NCBI RefSeq assembly: GCF_963676685.1
Contig: NC_092352.1
Span: 31,434,001 to 31,498,000, forward strand
Origin: Mytilus edulis
Lineage: Eukaryota
DNA length: 64,000 nt
Direction: 5' to 3'
The notes under the pieces were generated by a model. The model was given only the letters and a program-made list of their open reading frames with translations, had not been told where the DNA came from and made no database searches. The translations under genes were made by a program, and so were the position numbers. Shown piece after piece: positions 1-14,371 of the stretch (the first letter of the stretch is position 1; each line of letters begins with the position of its first letter).

Positions 1-457
1 ACAAAATCTACCAACTCAACAGTAAACTTAATAAAACATCAGTCAAAGTCAGTAAGTACTTCTTTAGAGGACGAAAGAGAAGGAAAGGACAAATACGCAA
101 ATCAGTAAACCTCTCAATAAACAACAAGGACGGTATACATCCAAGACGCCTTCTCAGTCTAGCTATCACCAAATCCATCCTACTAGACACATACATTGAA
201 TGTTTCAACATTGATCAGAAATCTGAATTATTACAAATCAGAGTGGAACAAGACGAACTAAACACACTATTCTAGAACCAACGCTTTCATCCGCTTTAGA
301 GAACAGAGTTGCCAGTGAACAGTCGAGACGAGTAGTAAAATTCTAGGTGAGTTTATCTTATCAGGTTTTACTACTTACCGTTCGTATTGAATCACTACCA
401 AGTAACAACACTCAAACACATACTTTCTCTTCCAGAAGTGGATAACAGCTGATTGGT

Positions 458-3400
458 TTGGAACACGAAGACTCAGTCTGGAGCTTCCTTCATCCAGTAA
501 GTACCAGTAGTATAAAACCTCTTAACAACAAAATGTTCTACTATGCTATCTTTACACTTACACTTACCATCTTGACTAGACAGGCTTTCATGGTACGTCA
601 TATAAAATTGAATCTTAGCCATAAATACCAACATTCTCACCAGGACTCTATTTACTCGCATAACACCATTGAAGGAGTGAATATATACTTAACAGAATGC
701 CTTAGTAACCCAATTACAGCAACAGCACAAACTTACTATTGGATCAAGAACGCCAAAAAACACATTCAACTGACACAGTCAAAATACTCGATCGCCAGAG
801 ATAGGAGCTCACAAAGACTCTTGATACTCTTACTTAGTGGCATAGAAACAAACCCAGGCCCCAGACGACCAAGATTTCCATGCACAATCTGTCAAAAAGC
901 ATGCAAATTGGAATCAATAGCCTGTGACGACTGTGACAAATGGACACACAGAAATTGCATTGGAATGTCTACAACAGAATTCAGCAATCTAGGCAAGAGC
1001 GAAGACACATGGACATGTCCATCATGCTCAAAACCCAACAACTCTTCGACAAAAGTATACTTTATACCAAGTGAAGACGACAGCAAACATACCTCCCTTA
1101 ATATATCTACTAATCCGTTATTGCTAGACAGTATATCAGATTCATCCATACCATCAACATCATGATCAAGCATTAACTCACCATCTTTCAACACAACATC
1201 ATTCAGTACAGATATACCGATCATGACATCATCACCTAAACCAGCCAAAACGAAACCACCCCTAAGAAACAACTAAGACTGCTGAACATCAACTTCCAGA
1301 GTCTAAGAAAAAAAGGGTAAACTTCTGGAGGCAATTATAGAGTCAACTGATCCGGACATAAAAATAGGCACAGAAACATGGCTAGATCCAAACATTAAAT
1401 CAAGTGAAATTTTTCCTGATTACCTTAAATATGATATTGAACGAAGGGATCGTCCCAAAGACCCACATGGGGGAGTTTTGATAGTATCCAAACAATCATT
1501 ACAACTAAGGAACATAACAAAAAGCGGTGAGATAGAACTATGAACTTGTACCATCGCCTTAGAAGGAAAAAAGAAAATGCGTATTGGTGCATTTCATCGC
1601 CCTCCAGTATAAACAGATGACACCTACCTTAATACAGTTAAAGAGGAAATAAGTACCATCAAATCAAAACGTCAAAAAAACATCTTCTTGATTGGAGGTG
1701 ACTTCAACCTACCAGATATAAATTGGCAAGAACAGACCATCACACATAGACAGTACCCCACAAGAAACAGTCAAGCTTTTTTAGACACCGTAGCTGATAA
1801 TGGTTTAGAACAAATCGTAGATTTCCCAACAAGTAAAGAAAACACCTTGGATTTAATACTTACATCTCATCCATCATTCAAAATAAGATGTAAACCATTA
1901 CCATCAATAGGAAACAGCGACCATGACACCGTCTTACTTGATATAGCATGTAAACCTTTAAAACCCAAACCAGTTAAAAGAAAGATATATCTGTGGAAAA
2001 AAGCAGATATATATAAGATAAAGGAAGACCTCGAAACATTCAAGACATCTTTTAAAAACACCTGCAACAGAACTGTAGAATCCATGTGGCAAAGCTTCAA
2101 ATCAGAAATTCAAAAAACCATTGAGAAGCGAGTACCAACAAAAATGACTCATGGTAGACACACACACCCATGGATGAACACAGCAATAAGACGCAAGATC
2201 AACCTAAAACAAAAAGCGCTCAAGAAAGCTAGGAAAACCAAAAAGAAAAGAGACCAAGACAGATACAAGAGACTACGACAAGAAGTACAATGGGAAATAC
2301 GACAAACCAATAAGAAATACATGGAAGCTCCAACTACAAGGACAACTCCAAGAAATTCTGGTCCTATATTAAAAGCAAAGGTCAGGAATGGACAGGAGTA
2401 GCACCATTGAAGAACAAAATGGGATTCCTCCAAAGCGACAACAAAAGCAAAGCTAATATCCTTAACGACCAATTCCAGTCCGTATTTACAAAAGAGAACC
2501 TGAACAACTTCCCAAATAAAGGGAAAAGTCTATATACCACCATGGCTGACATACAAATCAATGTAAAAGGAGTTCATAAATTATTGAAGAACCTGAAACC
2601 ACATAAGGCTACTAGACCAGATGCTATACCATCCTGTATACTAAAGACAGCAGCAGACCAACTTGCTCCAATTCTTACAGAACTGTACCAAGCATCCCTC
2701 AACACCGGAGAAGTCCCTCAAGATTGGAAAGATGCAAATGTAGTCCCACTCTTCAAAAAGGATGAAAGACACTTGGCATAAAACTACAGGCCTGTATCAC
2801 TTACCTCCATTACATGCAAAGTCCTAGAACACATTGTACACAGCAGCGTAATGGACCATTTCGACAAATACAAAATTCTCACAAATGCACAGCATGGATT
2901 CCGCAAACGACGATCTTGCGAATCCCCAACTCATCATCACCATTCATGATATTGCATCGAAATTAAAAAGTAACAGCCAGGTAGATATCATACTACTAGA
3001 TTTTGCTAAAGCGTTTGATAAAGTGCCACACCATCGCCTACTACATAAACTTGAGTACTACGGAGTAAATCCTAAAGCAAACAGGTGGATAAGATCATTC
3101 CTACAAAGCAGAATGCAAAGCGTTATTCTATAAGGAGCTGTCTCTGAACAAGTACCAGCACTCTCTGGTGTTCCTCAAGGAACAGTCCTTGGACCCCTAC
3201 TGTTCCTGGCCTACATAAACGACATGCCAGAAACAGCAACTTCATCAGAGACCAAACTTTTTGCAGACGACAGCCTCCTCTATCGAAATATCAGTAACCA
3301 AGCAGAAAGTGACCTACTACAGAAAGATCTCACATCATTAGAGGATTGGGAAGATAAGTGGCAAATGAGCTTCAATGCAAAAAAATGCATTGTAATTAAA

Positions 3401-4237
3401 ATACAACCTAAGAACCGTCCTGTTATACCAACTAATTAAAAATTACACGGACACACACTGGACACCGTTAAAGCTAGTAAATACCTGGGAGTTACTATCA
3501 GCAATAATCTAACCTGGGACAGACACATCGACAACATAGTGGGAAAAGGAAACAAAACACTAGTCTTCATACGACGTAACCTAAAAGATTGCACTAAACC
3601 GGTCAAAGCAGCAGCATATTCAACAATAGTAAGACCTTCAGTTGAGTATGCTAGCACAATATGGGACCCTACGAAACAGGCTAAAATAAAAGCAATCGAG
3701 CAGGTACAGAAAAGAGCAGCTAGATTTGTTAACAACAACTACACAGACCGCACACCTGGCTGTGTAACAAAAATGGTAACATCTTTAAAATGGGAAAGCT
3801 TGAAGACCGCAGGAAACAAAATAGGCTATGCATGCTATTCAAAATCCAACATGATCTGATAGACATAGATAGGCACCAATATCTAACGCCAAACGATAGC
3901 TGGACCAGAGGTAAAAACCGCTTCTTCCAAGAAAGGGCCACAACAGACGCCTTCGGACAATCATTTTTTCCAAGGACCATTAGAGACTGGAACCAACTGC
4001 CAACATCAGCAACATCAGCGGACACAGTTGATGGATTCAGAGCTGCCCTGAAGGCATGCTCTGCTAAAATTTAGACAGTAACATCCTGTACATCTTTTTA
4101 ATTGTATATATATAGAGAACGTTTTATCCTGTAAATAGCCAAGAGAAAACTTTCTGTGTTGTCCGACATTGCGTTAGTTTTCGCGGGACCTCATACATTC
4201 AAGATTTGAATTCGGTTCCTAACCTGGAAGAAGAAGA
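458..4237 (+). mobile_element. Degraded CR1/L2-group non-LTR retrotransposon (2A-like + PHD + AP endonuclease + reverse transcriptase)
   Basis: PHD finger (CTICQKAC...IACDDCDKWTHRNC...WTCPSC). Endonuclease motifs (NINFQS, ETW, GDFN, LDL, SDH). RT motifs (YRPVSL, LDFAKAFDKV, GVPQGTVLGP, LFADD, YLGV). C-terminal RPSVEYAS/VQKRAARFV and SFFPRTIRDWNQLP. Broken by stops and frameshifts; ends in a (GAA)n tail at 4227-4237. The 5' end probably extends further upstream. Confidence 0.93.
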
Positions 4238-7200
4238 GTTGAGGTGAGGTAAGCAATTTAAGAAAAAAATCACAATAAGACCAAACAAATAGTAATGTTG
4301 AGATATTATCATGCATACAAAATCTTAATTTCAATGTTTATAAAAATGACACACATTTGAATGATTTATACAGCAAAAAGATAGCAGTAGCCCCGTATAA
4401 TAGGTCACTAACACACATTGTAACTAATAATAAACATACATAAATATTCGTGATCAATATGATATTATTTTAACAGTAAATTGGTATATAAATTTAGAAA
4501 TCTTGACGTGAAGTGTTATGTTAATGATGCTAAGTAAAAAATGAAATACAAGTGTTTGAGAGCTCATATAACATAAAAAGACTAATTTAAAAAGTTGAGC
4601 TACCCATGAATAGAAGTCAGCGCTATGCATGAAGGAGATGAATTCCTTATTTATAAAAATAATTTCAAAGCTTAATCACTGGACATTTTCGATATTGTGT
4701 TGCCGTTTCAAACTGTTTCTCAAGTAAGATAAACTTCATAAAAACCTGAGAGGTTGCTCTTTACTTATCTAGCTGTTACTAGTACGATGCAATTGTTTAT
4801 CTTTTTTCCTTTTAGATGTATATTTTTTTTTACTTAACATTGGTAATATAAATATTGTTTCAAGTTGACTTATAAAAAAGATTTTTAAAAATCGTCTATA
4901 TAACTAAAAACAGAAAATGCAATTAAGTTCTGTCTTCTTCATTACACATGCACATTTAGTAGTCTTTATATTTTCATTTTCATATTACGACCCTCTGGCC
5001 ACTTGAACCTTCGAGTGAAGACATCTAGGGGTGTCCAAAGTATCCTAATTAAATATTAAACAACGCAAATCGCATCGTGGATGCATTTTACGAATGATTT
5101 CATTAGCTTTTGCGGGTGCTTGATTTTGCGGTGGCTGCGCCTGCCTATAGATAAGGAGCTATCGAAACTATTAGAGTGTTTAAGAGTAGACACCGTCCCA
5201 CTGTTTGATATTATTGTAACAGCAGATGGCGACGACGACTGCTAAACACAGGCTATTCAAATTTACAAAGTTATTCTCCCTGGCTTGACAATGCACCTAT
5301 TGTGTTTAAATCCCAGTTTTATGATTTTTAAAGAAAGACGATCTGTCCGCGATCACTATGATCTAAAAGTCAATTGTTCGAGACATATGCTCTTTAAAAA
5401 ACTACTCATTAGTTAAAATGGTAGTAAAAAGTCTTGTAACATTGAAATAAAAAATTCTGAACAGGTGAAAATCTGCATTTAATTGAAATTTTAAACGTTT
5501 AATTAAATGCTGAGGGATGTGAAATTACCTGAGCACTGTAATCGTAGATAACGTGAAGGCCGTTGCAAAACATAAAATTGTAATAATACTTGTACATAGT
5601 TGTCTCTTTATTGGTCTCTAAAAAATCAATAGAGCTGTATAAATAATTCCAATGAATAGCTGAAGAAAAGGAAAACAGTCATTATGATTATGACCAATTA
5701 CAATGCGCATGTGTAAAGGATGCACTAACCATACAAAAGATGTTTCCTTTTAAGCCTATGACATATTCACTATGTTTACACCGTATGTAACAGATTAAGA
5801 CTTTATCTCAAACTTCTTTTGCAAAGGTAAGTCAGTTTTATACTAATGGTTTAAAAATGATATATTTTTCGTGTTTAATACAAAGTTTGAAATTCGAATT
5901 CAATACTTTACATACTTTGAAAGTTTTAGACGTTTTCAAAGTAACGTGAACTTAGTATTTCAGGATAAATGTACATGAAGTTTCCATATAACTTATATTA
6001 ACAAATAAGTCAACCCCAAAACGTTAACAGAGGTTTCATAAAAAATTAATTAAACCAAAAGATCTGTCTATGCATTTTTTTTTTTTTTAAATTTATCATA
6101 TTTTATTGAAATCTGTACATTTGTTAGTTTAAAACATCAAGTACCGGTACCTTATTCCGGCCTCGTTAACATTAGGAAATATCATATTTGTACAGTTGTT
6201 AGTATTTGTTAGTATTATACATTCAATTTTCAATATTTTTTATCAATGCATTTTATTTTTACCTTCACAAAATAATCTCCTTACTACATGTATGCTTAAG
6301 ATTTGTTTCCACCTTAAAGAGAGAAAAATGAATAGAAAACGATCATAATAAGACAAGTTCCAGTATACAAAATACAACATAGAAAACTTAAAACTGAGCA
6401 ACCCAAACCAATCGACAGGGATCTCGCGAGCTTTAGCTGAGAAATAATATATTTACACTTAGGAAGAGTGTAATTCAAATTCAATTGTTGGTTAGTACCA
6501 ATGTCTTGATGTTTATGATAACTTTGTTTAATCGTTTGATCATCTTCATCTTTTAAATAGAGAGGTCTTATGTATATCTAACTGGATGAAGTTTATCTGC
6601 ATAATTACACGGTTGATATGCATTTAAGTTTATTTGATATGCATGTAAGCATAAACTAGTATAAATATTTCATTAATTTCATTTTCTTATCAAGCTATAT
6701 CTTTTTATTTTATTTTTTAGAAAGTGCACAAATTGCAAAAATACAACAGAAACATAAGGATTCTGAAACTAGAAAAAAAACATATAAATCCATATTTATT
6801 TATGAAAGTTTCGTATTTAGTCGTGTGTGTTTTATTTTCTGACTTAGTGAATCGTTTAAAATTATGTTATAACTTACATATTTCGAATTTATTCGGTAGA
6901 AAAGTATAACTGATTTGTTTTATTTGTACTTTTATCTGAATAGAGAAAGGGTCAGAATGTTAAAATGACGAACAGAGCTTCACATGCATCTATTAGACAG
7001 GTTATAACCATTTAAAGGGACTGTTTATATATGACGTTCTCATACAGTAAAAACTACATATATATAGACAAGTTTGCTGTACGCATAAAAATCCGAAAAA
7101 TATAAGGAAATTTAAATATAATAACCACGGAGTGTTTACATTTTTTCAATTAAATGTGAACAGAGTACAGAATCAATACGGTACAGTTGTACAAGAAGCA

Positions 7201-9204
7201 TTATACTAGAGATTTAAATAGAAACATTCTTACATCAGACCTTATAAATATGCACTAAGGTTAAGATGTTAAATGGAATCGACTTGACACTTTTTACAAT
7301 ACATTTATTGGCGCAATTGATATAATCAGAAAAATAAAGAGTGGCGCAATTAATACCTTTTCAAAACTGTAATTGGCGCGAATTAATTCTGTCCGTCTTA
7401 CAAGAATTATCAAAACGTTGTAGAAATTGTGAAGACATTTTTATGAGTAATAATTGTCGTTGATTTTTGATTTTCCTTTTTGAATTTTCCTCGGAGTTCA
7501 GTATTTTTGTGTTTTTACTTTTTTTTTATAACTTATATGTGCTCAAATATAAATGTCTGTGATGTTCTGAAAGTCTTTACAAGTTTAGTTTGGTGTAAAT
7601 GTACCATCATATAAAATCAGAAGTTCAGCTATATAAGTAATACATTTCAAAGATAGAAAAGACCAAAATCAATAATTTTACATCGTCTCATGTTAAATTT
7701 ATAATTTTAAAAATGAAACATTGCTTTTATCATGTAAGGTAATGTGGTCCTTAATTAGTGGTAGATGTTATTGCATACACCAAGTTCATGGTAAGAATAT
7801 GTACAATTTCAACAGTTGCATTATCCTTCAAATTTGATCCCAAAACCTTGTATACTATCATAAAATATGTTTGAATTTGGTTTTACCCCACTACATGTAG
7901 TACTTATTATTACTGTTGTACATGTAGTTGGTATATATTTTTGACATATTTAAAATCTTATCATTTGTTAAATAAGATGGTAGTCATGGTCATGGTTTAC
8001 ACATTATTCTCATATTGTATGTAATAAATATAGAAAGAAAAAAAAATGGTGCTTGTATATACACAAAAAATACAAGGTTTAGTTTTTTAAACCTTATTAA
8101 ATCCAAAAGGTATACAATACTGTTACTAGAGTCACCTTAAAATCGTAATTTAAAATAGATTAGAAGCATATTATAACCAAAATAAACATCGGCTCTTCGG
8201 TCAAATCCAATCAAATTGTTTTAATTTGAAACTTCTCTTTCGAATCCAATTTCATAACATCCGTCTTTGAAGCAGACCTTTCCTGTCAGACTGATGATTC
8301 TTGTATGATTAAGAATACATTTGTATCTTCGTCCCAATCAATCCGATTTTTGTTTACTGTCAACTTATCCAAAGAAAATTGCTATAGTCAAAATTGGATT
8401 TTATTTTTCAAATAACAGGTTTTAATCGTTTAAGTCTGAATGCCGAGGCTGCCTTATATCATTATGTGTAATTGTATGCTTTAAAATATTGACTATGTAT
8501 GTTTATAACAGTCCTGACAACAAGGTTACCCAGTTTTAGATTTTTTTTAATTATACAGTTTCATATTCACAGAAAATATGTTCATAAAATGACATCACAA
8601 TAAACTCACAATTTTTTTTGAAATCGTTCGGAGATTGTTTTGTATGTGTAATGTTTCACACTGTGAAAGTTTATTTGTTACCATACAAGAACTAAAAATC
8701 TTAAAAGTTTACAATGAGATTAAATGTCGTAGGAAGACAGACATTCTTCTTTATGTTTTATCCATGATGATCAAGCTGTAACTAGAATGTGACATAGCTA
8801 TATTTGGAAAGTGAATCTCTTTTATTCTCGTCTATCATAACTGTCAATCTTCAAATTCTTTAATACGACTTTAAACCCTCGTTTATTTCTATTTTACAGG
8901 TTTTCATTGAAGGCTTTCACAATAAACTTAACATTGAACATCTTCATGTGATTAAATTCTTTGTACAACAAAATGAATTGCCTTAGAAAATATGCTTCAG
9001 TCACTTTACAATCCATTCGATAAAACTAGGTAAAATCAAGTTAAAACTATATCGAAAAATAATAAATCATTTGAGATGCATTCTTAAATAATTTTGTTTG
9101 GAAAATCGAATGACTGTTTTTTTTTGTATGAAAATTAAGTCTACTTTGAATAGGTTGCTTCTGTTTTGAGTGACAGTCGTTTTTTACTTTTTTCTTTCTA
9201 AAAA

Positions 9205-9355
9205 GTGTTGAGGTCCTTTATAGCTTGCGGTTCGTCGTGAGCCTAGGCTCTGTGTTGAAGGCCGTACCTTGACCTATAATTTTTACTTTTATAAATTGTG
9301 ACTTGGATGGAGAGTTGTCTCATTGGCACTCATACCACATCTTCCTACATCTATT
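9205..9355 (+). repeat. Dispersed SINE/MITE-like repeat ending gttgtctcattggcactcataccacatctt
   Basis: The same 3' motif recurs at ~14195-14290, ~16520-16560, ~16995-17245, 47831-48097 and inverted at ~11090-11180 and ~40050-40140. Confidence 0.75.
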
Positions 9356-10490
9356 GACTATATTTTGGGCAAATTACTTAAAGTGCATGTCGTTTTTTAA
9401 TATGAAAAAAAAACCGAACAGAATTTAACGAAAAATCATTCAATGATTACAAGCAGGCATTAGGATATAATTTATGTCACGTGCACATACTTGTTCACGT
9501 GCAAAGTGCATCTTGAAACTAATCAGGAAAAGTTTTTTCCATAAGGAGTACTATCTCATATAACGACTGAAATATCGGTATTTAATTTCACTTCTGGTCG
9601 TAAAATGTTTTTGTTATTTATATAAATATTTAATTTTTTAATGAAACATATGAAGCTATAAATGTATTTGTGCTCAACGATTTCTAAGAAATTTCAAAGA
9701 CCGCTCTTAATGATAATTTAAAAAATAAATCGCTGCTCTGTTATTCTGTTCACTTGATAGTGCATTGACAATCACACCAGAATCCTACTTCAACACAGCA
9801 GCATATGGTGCGACTATCTGAGTGTTTGGATGCCGTAAAATCATATTAATTTCTCATCGTTTAAGGCAGTTATTGAATCCTAGTTAATCTCTCGTGAATA
9901 AAACAATATTCAGTTAGAAGGTTGACCACCTGATCCTAAATAACTCGTTTGATATCATTTTATTCAGTGACAAGGATTACACGCAGATTCAATCCTATCG
10001 GCCAATTTAAATGAACATAGCGCTTTTTTATTACCGAAATTATTCTTCACGGCAAAATGATTAAATATGTTTATTACAATTTGAATCTTTTTTTTCTATT
10101 TCTTTTTGTTACAAAATCTGTTTATTATCAAACGAAAACAGAAAAACAAAGCGTGAACATTGTTGTAATTAAAAAATAGCTTCCGAAATTATTGGACTTA
10201 AGGGGAATGACTTATTGATCATTTATTTTAGACAATAGAGGACTCATTCTGGACAAATTTCCGAAATGATTGAACTTTAGGGAATTACTTTAATTTATTT
10301 ATAATTAATTAAACGCAGAAGAATTGAATTAACGAAATAATTGCATTTTAAAATCTGGCTTTTATTATCTTTTCAGTGCTAAATTTTACTCTTTTCTGTT
10401 GATATAATCACAGAATTACACAGTTTTATAATAAGTCATTTCCTAAATTTTTAGAAAAAAATGTGTAGTTAATTTATATTTTTGTTTCAG

Positions 10491-10639
10491 ACAATTTCAA
10501 AATGGGTGTGATAACAGTAGTAGACATTGATTACGGACATATTTTCGGTCCATTTCCTATTTTAAGCACTGCTATGGATCCAACATATGCTATTGGAATG
10601 CTGACGCAAGACACTCAACACCAGGGACCAATGTTAGAG
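10491..10639 (+). CDS. PRDM8: PRDM8-like gene, first identified coding exon (N-terminal part of PR/SET domain)
   Basis: Acceptor tttgtttcag|10491 and phase-0 donor GAG|GT at 10639. Encodes MGVITVVDIDYGHIFGPFP (ATG 10502), resembling the IFGP strand of PR domains. Confidence 0.8.
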
Positions 10640-11624
10640 GTATTTATACAAGTTAAATTCTGTCAGCCGCAAATATTTCAGGGTAACATTGTGATATGAG
10701 TGTGTCTGTGCATTCAAATTTTACTTTACTAATTTTGACTATTATCAATTTTTTCTGATATCATAATAAAATCCTATTCCGACATTTCTTCTCTTTTTGT
10801 TTTTGAAACAATTTCTTTCTGAGAAATTGAAATGTTGAAGTTTATAAGATACATATATAGCAGAAATAAATGACTGCTTTTAATAAACGGAGAGGGGCGG
10901 CTATGATATAAAAATAGGCTTCCATTTCAAGGGGAGGGATTGGTTTCTGCCAAGTACCGGTATAAGAAATAGTCAGCAATATTATTTTATGAAAATTGCG
11001 AGGTAATTACACACTAACTTAATGATGATAAATAAGTCCGACATCCTTATCAACTATATACACGTACTTGAATCATAAACATAGTATCGTTATTATAAAA
11101 AAAGATGTATTATGATTGCCTATGAGACAGCTCTTCACAAAAGATCAAATGACACAGAAATTAACAACTTAAGGTCCCCATATGCATGTATGCTTTTTTT
11201 TTTAATATCCAAAATGTTTGGTTTTTACTTCATGTTGGATGGTTATGTTCAAAAATATTTGTTCAGAGAAATCCTAATGAAGATAAATTCAGACATCAGC
11301 CTATTTTGTATATTTGACTTTGATTAACTACCATAGACTCAAAACGACTCTTTGTGCACTGATATGAGCTGCCATAATTGTTACATGTAACACTCAAAGA
11401 GCAGTCGTATCGTTATAATTAATTTTAATTACCTTGTTCTTAAATTTTTAGTTGACAAATTTTGTCGTTTTTCAAAATCCAAGATTTCAAATCTCTAAAG
11501 AACAGTTGATAAGTACGATATTTGACTATTCTCTTCTTATTCTTATGAATTATACCATTTGCCAAAAATCTTTAAAACCATTTGTAAATATTTTGGAATT
11601 AACAGTTTTGATTTAGTTGTGAAG

Positions 11625-11715
11625 TGGAGAACCGCTTGCTTATAACAGAACATTAAATAGAGGAACAAGTGGTAAAGAACCGCTTGCTTATAAAATAACA
11701 TTAAATAAAGGATCA
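11625..11715. repeat. Short tandem duplication (2 x ~49 bp)
   Basis: aagtgg..agaaccgcttgcttataa..aacattaaata.agga occurs twice in tandem. Confidence 0.7.
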
Positions 11716-12003
11716 AGCTTTCTCAGCATGAAGAGTTGTCTTCCTCAAAACAGTAATAGGTATGTTGTAAACCTTGAGTATTCTTTACAATTATATCTCA
11801 AGTTTTGCCGTCGCTCGTTGGTCACAAGTCATTCATCATATAGACAGAATGCATCTGTCAATAGTGACATTAAATTTCCAATCCGACCGCTTCAGCCATT
11901 AAAGATGGCGTCGTCTCCGCCCTTTAGAAATTAAAATCTCAATGTCATCTATCTAATAGCCATTTAAATAGTTAAAATCATTGTCAACATTTGTCGTTTA
12001 CAG

Positions 12004-12232
12004 ATTGACCCTTCAATAAACAATGGGTTGGCACGTGGAATGGAATGGCTGGCTTACATCAACCCAGCCAGAAATGAAGATGAACAAAATATGGAGGCGT
12101 ACGTGAAGAATAAAGAAGTGTTTTATAGGGCGTTACGTATAATAAAATCGAGCGAAGAACTCTTAGTGTGGTACAGTAAAGACTTCTGTCAGTTGATTGA
12201 TGTACCGGAAGTTAAAAGAATACCCCTTACAG
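12004..12232 (+). CDS. PRDM8: PRDM8-like gene, PR/SET domain exon
   Basis: cag|12004 (phase 0) to G|GTAAC at 12232 (phase 1). Encodes GMEWLAYINPARNEDEQNMEAYVKNKEVFYRALRIIKSSEELLVWY, the classic PR-domain core. Confidence 0.92.
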
Positions 12233-12922
12233 GTAACAAACTTAAATTATAACATGTCATATGAGTGAATACTATGAATGAGCAACTAGCTAGTTTTGTT
12301 TAGACTAAGTATTCAATTGTCGTCATGTTCATAAAGTTAAACAGAATAGTATTATCGGGATTGATTGATTGATTATTAATTGCTAAATCAGTGGCAAATA
12401 TTTCATGCGTATTTAGAACGATGTTTTAACGATATCGAAGAAATATGAAAACCGAAAATGAAGAAAACTAAATATACTAAGTTCTGTAGGGTTACATGTG
12501 CCTGGGCTAAGATACCTTTTTACCATAGATTCTGTTAATACTCCAGGTACTCATACTATTTAACTTGAAACATATACTCCCGCACATATATCTTCGAAGG
12601 TTTTCTGTTTGTTTGTTTTTGTTTTTTTTGTGTTTTTTTTTTAAATTTTTATTTGCTGTCATAACACAGATTGTGTTTGTCACTCCCTTATCTGAATGTA
12701 CCTATAATTTAGGTTTCAAAACAATCACTTGTTAAAATGAAAATAATGAAACCAACCATTTATTTCATCACAATTGGTTTATTGCATTTGGTACGGAAAA
12801 CAACACAAAAGATCATTAACTATTGAAAAGGTTTTAGCGTTTAGTTAATACTTACATTAAAAATATTTCATAATTGATAGATCAACAGTTTATAAACAAA
12901 TTGCACAATTTTTTTTTTATAG

Positions 12923-13908
12923 AAAATGAAAAATATATCTGTTCAAGATGTGGAGAAACATTCGAATATATATTCTCACTTAAAGCACACATGAAGTTTA
13001 AATGTGAAGTTGGATCACATAAAATGCGTTTCAATAAGCAAAGATTATCTATATCACCTGAACCGGAGAGTAATTATTGCCGGAAAAGAAGTTTAGAACA
13101 TTCAGAAGACATCGCAAATAAAAAGTTTCTGAAAGACAATGTTCATGGTATTGATAAAATAATGTTATCTAAAGACTATAGAGATGTAAATTCTAATGTA
13201 CCAAATCATACTCATGAAAAGTCCGATCTCGGCTCGAGTGCGTTCAGAAAAGTGGAAAAAGAAGTCATTTCTAGTCCAAAAGATGAAAATAAAGCTCATA
13301 TTTCTCAAAAAGACAAAACAGACATGAAATATGAAAATGACCGACTCTGTGTTCCTCCATATGTGTCTCTACCCGTTTCGAGTAAGGAGTGTTTTGTTCC
13401 TCCGGATATGTTGTCTACACTTATGATACCACGTAGTATGGGTATGATGAACACTAGTATTAACACAGATATACATACTAAAGTGATGGACAATTATGGT
13501 ATAGGACTCGCATATCCATTTTCTGTGCAAAATTCTATCATGGGAAACATGGAAAGTTTATCTCCGAATTCTAGAAAACAGTATTTAATGAATATGAATA
13601 GTAGTTTGACTACCTCAATACCATTTTCCAAAAGTGCAAATCCTATGGTTGAAAAGATCCTACAAACAAGTAATATGGCAATGCTGCATAAACCACTTCC
13701 TGCTTTGACACAATCTACAAACTGGTGCGCAAAGTGTAATACGTCATTCCGCATGACCAGTGACCTAGTTTATCACATGCGGTCTCATCATTCAAAAGAA
13801 AGTCCGACCGTTATTAAAAAAAGAGACGACAAACTTAAATGTAATATTTGTCAAGAAACATTCAAGGAACGCCATCATTTGACTCGTCATATGACATCAC
13901 ATCAATAA
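12923..13908 (+). CDS. PRDM8: PRDM8-like gene, terminal exon with zinc fingers
   Basis: ttttatag|12923, phase-1 compatible with the previous exon. First finger YICSRCGETFEYIFSLKAHMKFKC. C-terminal pair NWCAKCNTSFRMTSDLVYHMRSHH and KLKCNICQETFKERHHLTRHMTSH is characteristic of PRDM8/ZNF488. Stop at 13908. Confidence 0.93.
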
Positions 13909-14371
13909 ATTTTATGATTACTGCCTACCTGTACTATTTTAAGGCGGCTCGACATACAGTCTTCTCTCTTGTATGTCGGTCTACTTGAAACTAATGCTTG
14001 CAGAATAGTATACTTTAATATAGGCAACACAAGGACAAACAGCACTACCGACATGATAATTAGGTTGAAGAAACAACAGTTAACAAAGCACTACAGAAAA
14101 CAATGTTGCCTTCCGAACACCGCCAATAAATCGGCGTTAGGTAATAAGGTATGAAATACTTCTTGCCAATGGATAATTATTAGAAATGGCAATTGAAGAC
14201 CGTACTTTGACCTATAAAGGTTTGCGTTTACAGATTATGACTTGATGGAGAGTTGTCTAATGGGCACTCATAGCACATCTTCTTATATCCATATAACCCG
14301 TTCATATTTAATGAAATGACTAAACTATAAAATTTGGACAATTATAGTTTTCAACATGGTTGATCAAACCA

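Noticed and set aside
8992-9029. Coding first exon of PRDM8 (MLQSLYNPFDKT)
   Set aside because: Its donor is phase 2 but the 10491 exon needs phase 1.
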